Source of the DNA: Ignavibacteriales bacterium
GTDB lineage: Bacteria > Bacteroidota > Ignavibacteria > UBA10030 > UBA6906
Reading direction: 5' to 3'
Assembly (NCBI GenBank): GCA_037441705.1
Contig: JBBIRR010000004.1
Span: 1-64,000, forward strand
DNA length: 64,000 nt
Part shown: piece after piece, positions 9,358-17,848 of the stretch
How the letters are laid out: each line of letters begins with the position of its first letter
Position numbering within the stretch: the stretch's first letter is position 1
Position numbers and translations under genes: made by a program
Notes under the pieces: generated by a model
Database searches by the model: none
What the model was told of the DNA's origin: nothing
Seen by the model: the letters and a program-made list of their open reading frames with translations, nothing else

Positions 9358-12300
9358 TTACTTCAGCAGGATGAGTTTCTTCAAGCTGCTGAACTTCTGG
9401 CCCGATACACCTGTTGCTTCGAGGCGATAGAAGTAAATACCCGTTGCAACCTGTGCGCCGCGGTTGTTCGTTCCGTTCCATACAACGCTGTGGAAGGCCG
9501 CAGGCAATTCACCTTCCTTCAGTGTTGCCACTTCCTGACCCAACAGGTTGTACACCTTCAAGCTTACCACCGACTGCTCGGGCAGAGCGAAGCGGATCGT
9601 GGTTGAAGGATTGAACGGATTCGGGAAGTTCTGGTCCAAGCCGAATACCGTCGGCAGAACTTCTGCAGAATTCTCGACATCGGTCGTCACGGTGAGACGC
9701 ACGCCCACCGACCGCACCGTCGGCGTGTTGCCGGTGATGCGCTGACGACCGGTGTACGTTCCTCCGGCCATGCTGCCGGGATGAATGCGCAACTGGATCG
9801 TCATGCTGTCGCCCGGAGCGATCGTGCCCGCAGCCGGATTGACCGACATCCACGGGTGGAGATCTCTCGTGAACAGAATGGCGAGATTGTCGTGCACATA
9901 CGTGTTATTGAACACGACCTGCAGCCCGATGGTACCGGCAAGATTTTCGATACCGATCGTTGCGGAGTTCAACGTCCCTTCCATACGGCGGTACTGGCAA
10001 AGGATGTTTCCATTTGCATAGAGGATAACCTGGTAGGTGTACCGCCCCGGCGTTGTCGAGGGCAGGTAGTGCGACACGGAATCCCACTGAATGATGAAGC
10101 GCTGATTGGCAACATCATTGTAATACCACGCCGTTCCTCCGGGTTCGTTGAAGTTCAGGTCATCCCAGAACCCGTAGATGGCATTGTTGGGTGTTGCCGT
10201 GCTTGGGATGGCCGTGTTGGTGAACGTCGTGTAGCCTGCACCGAAGCTCACAAACCCGTTCGTGCCGACGTAGGCATCCGTGTAGGAGTTGCCGTAGAAG
10301 CTGAACGAGAAGGGCAACGTCACCTGCGCGTAGCCATCATCGCCGGAGCCGGTCCAGGTTGTGATCTGCGTGCCGACGTTCTTGATGTCCGTCCAGTTGT
10401 ACTGCGGACCACCCGGTTCATCGCTATCAATCCACAGATACCCGAATGCATCAGGGCCGCCTCTGCCGTTGGGCGCATCCTGACCCGGATGCGGATCTTC
10501 GGCGCCCTTGGGCAGCTCATAGGATTCCTGCTGCTGCATACTGCGTTCGATGTACGACGGACCATCGCCGCTGCTGGACGCTTCGTTGATCTGGAAGCGC
10601 AGCGTATCCGTTCCCGTGTTGCGGATGCGGAAGGTTGCCGTCGTGGTATCCGTTCCTTGCGGACGGGTGAAGGTGAACGTGTCGGGCACGACCACAAAGT
10701 CAGCTTGCCCGATGGACGTGCCGCGCACGCGCACGGTCGGCGCATTCGGGTCGTTCGAGGTGAACGAGAGCGTTCCGGTGCGCAAACCAGCAGGCGTGGG
10801 CGCGGTGAACCGTACCTTCACGCTCAGCGTATCGTTCGGCGCGAGCGAGAAGTTGGTCCTCAGCGCAGCAAACGCCGTGTTCGTGCTGGTGATGTTGGTG
10901 ACGTTCACCGTCGCGTTGCCGATGTTCTTCACCAACATGGACTTCGATGAATCCGTCTGGCCGATCGGTACATTGCCGAAGTCAATCGAATCCGGTGTCA
11001 CATACAGCGCCGGGCCTGTTACCGGCGTCACCGTCATGCGGACCGGGATGTTGAGGCTATCCGCGAGCGCCGAGTTGGTTGCGGTGATCTCGATGCGCCC
11101 ATAGTACGTGCCCGGATTCGTGACGATGGAGATGTCACGAGCGTCGAAGCGCGCAGTGAACCGGACAGAATCGTTCACCGCAATCGTTCCCGTGGTTGGT
11201 ACAATGGAGAGCCACGGACCGGTCGTCGAGGCGCTGCCCTTGATGGCGAAGAAGTCCACTTCGCGCTGCGGGGTGCCAATGTTTCCAATCAGCGTCGTGG
11301 CGCCGGTGGCGACATTGATCGTCCGCAGTTCGGCCGTTGCCGGTGAGATGCCGAAGTTATAGGCTGCAGCGTACAGCACGCCCGTCTCCGGATCGAAATC
11401 CATATCCTGAGCGAAGCGTCCGATGAAGCCCATCGGTCCGATCAGCGTGCCCGCACCCGTCGCCTTGTTGACGCTGAAGAAGCGAGACTGCTGCGTACCG
11501 CCCGACTCGATGTCATAGCAGTACATCTGGCCGCTATTCGAGATTGCCATAGCGATCAGGATGGGCACGTTGGTTACCGTACCGACAACTGTTGTCTGGC
11601 CCGTATTCGGGTCAATCCTGTACAGTGTCGAGATGGTGCCGCTCGTGCTGGTAGCATAGAGCGTCTCGTCCGTCGGATCGAACTTCATGGACGTCCACGT
11701 GTGACCGCTCTGAATGGTCACGGGACCAATGACGGTGTACGATCCGTTCGCCGTGTCAACGCGGATAAGCTGGTTGGTGGAGCCTTTAATGGCCAGCAAG
11801 CGGTTGCCATCCGGCGTGAAGTCTCCGGCGAAGATGTTGTCCCCCGTCGTGAATGTCCCCAGGTTGACGAGCGTACCGGGCGTTGTAAGATTGAACTTCA
11901 CGAAGTTGGCTGTGAAGTACTCATAGCCGAACGCCCTCTCGCCGATCTCGCTGAGGCTGAACAGCGACTGCTCGCCGGTCTTCGGGGCGGCTGTGCTGCG
12001 CGGCGCCGGACCAACAATCGCCATGAGTTCTGCCGGCGAAAGGTTTGTCGTCGGCTGCGGATTCTCCTGAGCCCGCGTGATGGTTACGGGCAGGGTGATC
12101 GGCTGGCCTGCGGGTTGCCCCGGCTCGGTGCGCGGATACATCACTGCACGCGCCTGGAAGTCGCCGTTCATTGTGCCGATGTTGCGGACGTAGAACTGAG
12201 TCGAGTCGACGGTCCGTGCCTGGAGTGTCTTCGTCAGCGAATCGACGCGTGCACGGAAAATCGGCACCCCGACCGAGTTTGCGCTCAGTCGAACGTAGGC

Positions 12301-15300
12301 CGTCGGGTTGACCGTCGAGTTACTGACGATCGTGACGCGTCCCGTATCGGAGCCGGCAGGTACCGTTGGTGTGTACGTTACCCGAATCTTGATCGAATCG
12401 CCCGGAGCAACGTTCGCGCTCGCGGGTGTTACGGAGAAGTCCGTATTGTTCCGCGTGATCGAGCTGATGTTCAACGTCTGATCACCGGCATTGCGCGCTG
12501 TGACGCTGTCCGTGCGGCTCGAACCAATCGGCGTCGTGGGGAACGAGAGCGAATCCTTGTTCAACACAAGGAGCGGACCCGCCGCCGGTTGGACACGCAA
12601 GCTCGCCGGAACGACGAACGGGGTTGTGACATCGGGATGTGTTGCTTCCACGAAGATGTTTGCGTTGTACGTCGTTCCCGCGGTCAAGCCTGCGGCATTG
12701 AACGTTACCTGAATGTTCTGTGTGCCGTTCGGGGGAATCGTGCCGAACACGGGGTTCTCCGAGAGCCACGGGGCATCCGGCAGGAAGTACCGAATCGCTA
12801 AACTGTCGTGCATGTAAGCGGCGTTGAAGACCACCTGAAGCCCGACTGTCCCTGCCGCGTTCTCAATGCCGATCGTGGCAGAGTTCACCGTTGCGATCAT
12901 TCTGCGATAATAGGTGAAGATCTCACCGTTCGGCTTCAGAACGATCTGGAATGTGTACCGCCCCGGCGTTGTCGAGGGCAGGTAGTGCGACACGGAATCC
13001 CACTGAATGATGAAGCGCTGATTGGCAACATCATTGTAGTACCACGCCGTTCCTCCGGGTTCGTTGAAGTTCAGGTCATCCCAGAACCCGTAGATGGCAT
13101 TGTTGGGTGTTGCCGTGCTTGGGATGGCCGTGTTGCTGAACGTCGTGTAGCCTGCACCGAAGCTCAGAAACCCGTTCGTGCCGACGAAGCCGGCGGTGTA
13201 CGAGTTACCGTAGAAGCTGAACGTGAACGGCAACGTCACCTGCGCATAGCCATCATCGCCGGAGCCGGTCCAGGTCGTGATCTGCGTGCCGACATTCTTG
13301 ATGTCGAACCACTGGAAGGGCGGTCCGTCGGGTTCATCGCTATCAATCCACGAATAGCCAAAGGCATCGGGTCCGCCGCGACCGTTCGGGCTGTCGCCAA
13401 ATTCGGTATCGGGCGCGCCCTTGGGTTTCTCGATGGCCGGTGGTGCGTACGCGGGCATGGGTACAATCTCGCGATAACGATTGGACCGCAGCGCATTGTC
13501 ATCCGTGATGCGGAAACGCACGCTGTCCGGTGTTGTATTGGTGATTACCATCGTCTTCTGTCGCGAGCCTCCCACCGGAAGCGTATCGCGCATTGCTGTT
13601 GGGTTGAACGTAAGCACGGCACTCGTCAACGCGTCTATCGTCGTCGTTTGTCCCGCTGTGATAACCACACTCGGGAAGGTCAACGTCCGGTAGGGAGGAG
13701 GCGCATCCACCAACACGCTATAGGTGCCCGCAGGCAGCGTAGTGGTGTCACGTCCGGTCGTGGCGCTGGTCGAATCGGAATACACGACGGTTGTACCGAA
13801 TTTGACCTCGACGTACGACCGAAGGTTCGTCGTTGCCGTATGCGAGTACACGATGAGCGTTCCACTCGGCGCGGGCCGAATCTGGAAGTTGCGCGTAAGC
13901 GTATCGTTGCGCGTCAGGACAACGGCCAGCGTTGTGTCCACAAAGCCGAACTTGCGTGCCCGCAGCGTCCGGTTGGCCGTCGTGCCCGGTGTATCAACGT
14001 AGGCGCCGGCGAAATAGAAACCGGAGGCATTGGTTGTGCCGGATTGTTGCAGAACGTTGTCCACGAAGTCAATGGTGACGCCCTGCACCGGAGCGCCGCC
14101 GCTGAGGTTGGTGACCGTGCCGCGAATCCAGCCGAAGTTTTCGCCATAGACGATGCGTTCCACATACGCTCTGTTGCTGGAGCCTGTCGAGCCGCTGCGG
14201 CGATCGGTCCATATAGCCCAGGCCTTGCCGCCCATGGCTGCGGTTTCGTAGTAGTCGCCGTTATATGTTGTGTTCGTGTTGGGTGTGCCTTGCGGTGCCC
14301 ACGTTGCACGCACATCGCTGATCACCCAATTGTCCCACGTCAGACCGCCATCAACCGAATAGGCCGCATAGCGGTTTGCCATCGTGGTGGAGCCTGTCGA
14401 GTCGAAGCTGTAGTAGCTGACCGTCACCCCGCCGGTGGTGGGGTCAACGGCGATGGAGGGCATCCATTGCCATCGGCCGGCGACGACATCGGGACCGTTG
14501 ACGCGAACAGCGCTGCTCCACGTCGTGCCGCCATCAGTCGAGCGGCGGACATAGATATCTGCCTGACCGGTGAGGGGAGCGTCTAACTCCGGCGTCACAA
14601 CGTAAATCCATCCGCGGCGCGGGCCGTTGGAGCGATCAACGTCAAAATACGGGAAGCTTGCCGCACGCGTGCCGTTAAGTTGTGTGATGGCGCCGTTGGA
14701 AATTCGGATACCGTTGATCGGAAAGACAACCGTCGGTGTGTTGAAGGTAGCACCGCCGTCGGTGGACTTTGCCATCCCGATGCCCACCTCGGCCGTTCCC
14801 GTCGTGTAGTGCGCCCACATGACGTACACTTCGCCGTTGGGCCCGATGCCGATGTGCACGCCCTGTCCTCGGTTGCTGCCGATCTGCAGGACCTGACCCG
14901 TTCCCCACGTCTGGCCTTGATTTGTCGAACGGGCGAACACGACAGGAGAACCTGTGCGGCCGAAATCCGTCCACGCCGCATACACGTTGTTCGGATACGT
15001 ACCCGAGAAGTCCGCTGCGGCGTGTTGCTTGTCATCGTTGGAACTGTTGACGAGATCGGCATTGGTGCGTGCACTCCAGGTCGCACCGAAATTCGTGGTG
15101 GACACGAAATAGATTCCACCCGGAGCGCCAAGCGTGCAGTAGTACGCCCGTCCGCTCACATCAAAGAAGGCAACCGGATCGCCATAGCAATCAAGAATGC
15201 CAGGAGGAATGTCTTCGCTCTGCATGGATGCAGGCCAGGTCACACCTCCATCGGTGCTGAACGCCCACGGTTGATGCACCACCGGATTCGATCCAGGAAT

Positions 15301-15597
15301 CCTGCCGTTGGTGGAGACCATGAGGTGGTTGGGGTTGGAGAAGTTGACACCGATCGAGTTCTCGCTCTGCCAGTACAACGACGGGTTGAACACCTGAATG
15401 TCCGGTGTGTTGGGCGGACTGTCAGGGTTCGGTGTCGCCTCCCCTCCAGTGTACATCATCTGCGTCGGCGGCGCCGGACCAATGCCCAGCTTCCACCGTT
15501 TCGCAGCGTTCCACATTGCCGGATCTTGTGCAAGCGCCGTCCCGACTACAACCATGCTCAGAACAGCGCAGCACGAAAGTAGCAACCTACGAGACAT
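9358..15597 (-). CDS. Large T9SS-secreted multidomain protein: sialidase-like BNR propeller, carboxypeptidase-regulatory-like Ig domains, two NIDO-like GGPDAFGY domains, a second propeller, ASH/choice-of-anchor-D Ig domains and a CTD
   Basis: AGGAGG RBS and signal peptide. Six Asp-box repeats (STDGGVTW, STTNFGATW, STNQGQTW, STDGGATF, STDGGTTW, SVDGGLTW). C-terminus is QNFPNPFNPSTT…KKLILLK. Confidence 0.85.
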   Translation of the reverse strand: MSRRLLLSCCAVLSMVVVGTALAQDPAMWNAAKRWKLGIGPAPPTQMMYTGGEATPNPDSPPNTPDIQVFNPSLYWQSENSIGVNFSNPNHLMVSTNGRIPGSNPVVHQPWAFSTDGGVTWPASMQSEDIPPGILDCYGDPVAFFDVSGRAYYCTLGAPGGIYFVSTTNFGATWSARTNADLVNSSNDDKQHAAADFSGTYPNNVYAAWTDFGRTGSPVVFARSTNQGQTWGTGQVLQIGSNRGQGVHIGIGPNGEVYVMWAHYTTGTAEVGIGMAKSTDGGATFNTPTVVFPINGIRISNGAITQLNGTRAASFPYFDVDRSNGPRRGWIYVVTPELDAPLTGQADIYVRRSTDGGTTWSSAVRVNGPDVVAGRWQWMPSIAVDPTTGGVTVSYYSFDSTGSTTMANRYAAYSVDGGLTWDNWVISDVRATWAPQGTPNTNTTYNGDYYETAAMGGKAWAIWTDRRSGSTGSSNRAYVERIVYGENFGWIRGTVTNLSGGAPVQGVTIDFVDNVLQQSGTTNASGFYFAGAYVDTPGTTANRTLRARKFGFVDTTLAVVLTRNDTLTRNFQIRPAPSGTLIVYSHTATTNLRSYVEVKFGTTVVYSDSTSATTGRDTTTLPAGTYSVLVDAPPPYRTLTFPSVVITAGQTTTIDALTSAVLTFNPTAMRDTLPVGGSRQKTMVITNTTPDSVRFRITDDNALRSNRYREIVPMPAYAPPAIEKPKGAPDTEFGDSPNGRGGPDAFGYSWIDSDEPDGPPFQWFDIKNVGTQITTWTGSGDDGYAQVTLPFTFSFYGNSYTAGFVGTNGFLSFGAGYTTFSNTAIPSTATPNNAIYGFWDDLNFNEPGGTAWYYNDVANQRFIIQWDSVSHYLPSTTPGRYTFQIVLKPNGEIFTYYRRMIATVNSATIGIENAAGTVGLQVVFNAAYMHDSLAIRYFLPDAPWLSENPVFGTIPPNGTQNIQVTFNAAGLTAGTTYNANIFVEATHPDVTTPFVVPASLRVQPAAGPLLVLNKDSLSFPTTPIGSSRTDSVTARNAGDQTLNISSITRNNTDFSVTPASANVAPGDSIKIRVTYTPTVPAGSDTGRVTIVSNSTVNPTAYVRLSANSVGVPIFRARVDSLTKTLQARTVDSTQFYVRNIGTMNGDFQARAVMYPRTEPGQPAGQPITLPVTITRAQENPQPTTNLSPAELMAIVGPAPRSTAAPKTGEQSLFSLSEIGERAFGYEYFTANFVKFNLTTPGTLVNLGTFTTGDNIFAGDFTPDGNRLLAIKGSTNQLIRVDTANGSYTVIGPVTIQSGHTWTSMKFDPTDETLYATSTSGTISTLYRIDPNTGQTTVVGTVTNVPILIAMAISNSGQMYCYDIESGGTQQSRFFSVNKATGAGTLIGPMGFIGRFAQDMDFDPETGVLYAAAYNFGISPATAELRTINVATGATTLIGNIGTPQREVDFFAIKGSASTTGPWLSIVPTTGTIAVNDSVRFTARFDARDISIVTNPGTYYGRIEITATNSALADSLNIPVRMTVTPVTGPALYVTPDSIDFGNVPIGQTDSSKSMLVKNIGNATVNVTNITSTNTAFAALRTNFSLAPNDTLSVKVRFTAPTPAGLRTGTLSFTSNDPNAPTVRVRGTSIGQADFVVVPDTFTFTRPQGTDTTTATFRIRNTGTDTLRFQINEASSSGDGPSYIERSMQQQESYELPKGAEDPHPGQDAPNGRGGPDAFGYLWIDSDEPGGPQYNWTDIKNVGTQITTWTGSGDDGYAQVTLPFSFSFYGNSYTDAYVGTNGFVSFGAGYTTFTNTAIPSTATPNNAIYGFWDDLNFNEPGGTAWYYNDVANQRFIIQWDSVSHYLPSTTPGRYTYQVILYANGNILCQYRRMEGTLNSATIGIENLAGTIGLQVVFNNTYVHDNLAILFTRDLHPWMSVNPAAGTIAPGDSMTIQLRIHPGSMAGGTYTGRQRITGNTPTVRSVGVRLTVTTDVENSAEVLPTVFGLDQNFPNPFNPSTTIRFALPEQSVVSLKVYNLLGQEVATLKEGELPAAFHSVVWNGTNNRGAQVATGIYFYRLEATGVSGQKFSSLKKLILLK
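10037..10270. repeat. Intragenic direct repeat, copy A (234 bp, 3 mismatches to copy B)
   Basis: Base-by-base comparison with 12953-13186. The offset is 2916 bp (in frame), and similarity continues at lower identity to about 10470. Confidence 0.9.
12953..13186. repeat. Intragenic direct repeat, copy B
   Basis: Matches 10037-10270 except at 3 positions. Similarity continues at lower identity to about 13390. Confidence 0.9.
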
Positions 15598-15829
15598 GAA
15601 GCCTCCTAAGTGATTGGTGAATGAGTGATGTGTGGATTAGGGTGATGTTGGAACTGCTTGACATACCAGTGAAGCGAGCCACGTGCTCTGCCTCGTGCTC
15701 ATGTTCGTTGACTCGGGGATAGCGCAATCAGGCCGAGACAGCTCTATCGCGGTTAGACACATGAGAGCGGTTGGGTCCCCACTAGAGCGGTTCAGAGAGT
15801 ATCCTTCAAATGCGCAGAGTTACTTTCAG

Positions 15830-15858
15830 AATATGCCAATTGTGATTTCCAATGTCAA
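15830..15858 (-). promoter_or_regulatory. sigma70-type promoter of the 2079-aa gene
   Basis: TTGACA-17 nt-CATATT on the minus strand, about 230 nt upstream of the ATG. Confidence 0.6.
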
Positions 15859-15936
15859 CACTTTTGCCGGAAAAATTTTCGCCGGTCGCGTAACCAAGGT
15901 GTCAGGCCATCAGCGCCGAGAGAGCCTACCGGCTCA

Positions 15937-17703
15937 TCATCTTGCTAACACCATCTTTTTCGTTTGAACAAATGATCCCGACATCAAACGGTAGAAGTAC
16001 ACGCCGCTCGGCAAATTGGTGCCGTTAAACTCCACCGACTTGAATCCAGAATCCTGAATCCCATCCACAAGCGTTGCCACTTCTCGCCCCAACACATCGA
16101 AGACTTTAAGCGAGGTGAATCCGGGAACGTGAATGTTGAACCCGATGTTCGTGGTCGGGTTGAACGGATTCGGGTAATTCTGTTCGAGGGAAAACGTTAC
16201 AGGAGCCGCCTCTTCCCGCACACTCACAACAGGGGGCTGCGTGATCGTGATGCTCCGGTTTGTCGCAACGCCGCGGAGGACGCTTCTTCGCCGCGCAGCA
16301 GATGTGTCTGGCCAGCGCACGACAACTGAATCGGCAACGGCGTTTGTGCCCAGACCGAAGTGCGCGGTCGTCATGTTCTGCGAGCGGTAGCCGACGGCGG
16401 TGTTTACTTCCCGCATCATGTGCAGCGAGCCTGCATACACTTCCACCTGCGCGCCGACACCGAAGGCGTTGGCGCTTGTTCCGCACAAAGTAATCTCCAG
16501 CCACCGTTTCGTCGTGTCGCCGTTGTTGCGATAGAGATGATTGCCCGCCGACGACGCGCCCGAGGTGAACAGGTCCATGTCGCCGTCGTTATCGTAGTCT
16601 CCCCATGCAGCCGAGAGCTGAACGAGGCCGCTCAGACCGGCCTCCGCTGTTGCATTCGTGAACGTTCCATCGCCGTTGTTCTTGTACAGCAAACAGTTCG
16701 TACTTTGTCCTGAGACGGCAACGAAGCAATCTTCGTATCCGTCATTGTTGTAATCTGCCCACGTTACGCCCCAGGAGATGACGGCGTCATTCATTCCCGA
16801 CGTTGCAGCGACATCCGTGAAAGTGCCGTTGCCGTTGTTGCGATACAATTTGATGGGGACAGGCGTGGTGCCGCCCGCATATCCGGCAACGGAGAAATCC
16901 CACAACCCATCGTTGTTGTAATCAACCCATTGTGAGCCGCGTGCTGCCCCCTGAAATCCGAGGGACGCTGCCACTTCCGTGAACGTCCCGTTGCCGTTGT
17001 TGCGATGAAAGAAACTGGGCCCGCCTGTCTGTAGATTGCCGATAAACAAATCGGGGTAGCCGTCTTTGTTGTAATCTCCCCAATGCAGACCCTGTTCAAG
17101 GAGGCCGCTCACCTGATGGTTCACACCCGCGCTGTCGGCAACGTTGGTGAATGTGGCGTCGCGATTGTTGCGATACAACGCATCCGTTGACGTGGATGAA
17201 TTCGAGATGTAGGATGCGAAATCGAGATAGCCATCCAGATTGTAATCGGCCCACGCGGGCATCTGCGCGCCGGTCATGCTGATGCCGGCGCTTGAGGTGA
17301 TGTCGGTGAAGGAAGTGTCGTTGTTGGGAATGAGATTGTTGCGCCAGAGTTTTGTTGCTGCCGCGGTTGCCGTGGTGAGGAGGTCGAGATCGCCGTCATT
17401 GTCGAAATCGGCCCAGGAGCTTGTAATGGTGTTGGTGAGGTCATTCAAGCCCACGAGTCCCGCAACTTCTGTAAACGTTCCATCGCCGTTGTTGCGGTAG
17501 AGTTTATTTGGAACATTGCCCGCCGTCGGCAGATACAAATCCGGCAGGCCGTCGTTGTTGTAATCGGCCCAGGAGATAGAACGCGACGTGCCTTCCCCCA
17601 ACCCCTGACCCGCGCCTGCCGTCACATCCGTGAAGGTCACCTGCGCGGACATCGAGTGTGCAAGCAGAAAAGCCCCCGCAATCAAACAGAAACGTGTGAA
17701 CAT
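15937..17703 (-). CDS. FG-GAP/VCBS repeat + ASPIC/UnbV (CRTAC1-family) T9SS-secreted protein
   Basis: Seven W[AG]DYNNDG..D repeats with LYRNNGDGTFT. GVGAQVEV…GYRSQN…HFGLG…VVVRWP marks ASPIC/UnbV. QNYPNPFNP CTD. Confidence 0.9.
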   Translation of the reverse strand: MFTRFCLIAGAFLLAHSMSAQVTFTDVTAGAGQGLGEGTSRSISWADYNNDGLPDLYLPTAGNVPNKLYRNNGDGTFTEVAGLVGLNDLTNTITSSWADFDNDGDLDLLTTATAAATKLWRNNLIPNNDTSFTDITSSAGISMTGAQMPAWADYNLDGYLDFASYISNSSTSTDALYRNNRDATFTNVADSAGVNHQVSGLLEQGLHWGDYNKDGYPDLFIGNLQTGGPSFFHRNNGNGTFTEVAASLGFQGAARGSQWVDYNNDGLWDFSVAGYAGGTTPVPIKLYRNNGNGTFTDVAATSGMNDAVISWGVTWADYNNDGYEDCFVAVSGQSTNCLLYKNNGDGTFTNATAEAGLSGLVQLSAAWGDYDNDGDMDLFTSGASSAGNHLYRNNGDTTKRWLEITLCGTSANAFGVGAQVEVYAGSLHMMREVNTAVGYRSQNMTTAHFGLGTNAVADSVVVRWPDTSAARRRSVLRGVATNRSITITQPPVVSVREEAAPVTFSLEQNYPNPFNPTTNIGFNIHVPGFTSLKVFDVLGREVATLVDGIQDSGFKSVEFNGTNLPSGVYFYRLMSGSFVQTKKMVLAR

Positions 17704-17848
17704 GGATGCCTCCTTACTGATCTGGAAGAATCATGACGAGAGAATTACCACGAGGAGAGAAACCTGCGGTTACATCAAAGAACGCGGGTTGAAGATTACA
17801 TCGGGGCGCCACCGACGATACAGGGGCGCCCCGTTCAGTTTCTTACGA

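Noticed and set aside
10037-13186. Diversity-generating retroelement TR/VR pair
   Set aside because: Both copies are coding parts of one gene, two of the three mismatches are G/C transversions rather than adenine-specific changes, and no reverse transcriptase is in the window.
6292-14586. Long plus-strand ORFs (6292-7935, 9781-10950, 11701-12801, 12808-14586) as real genes
   Set aside because: They are antisense shadows of GC-rich minus-strand genes, with Arg/Val-rich composition and no motifs.
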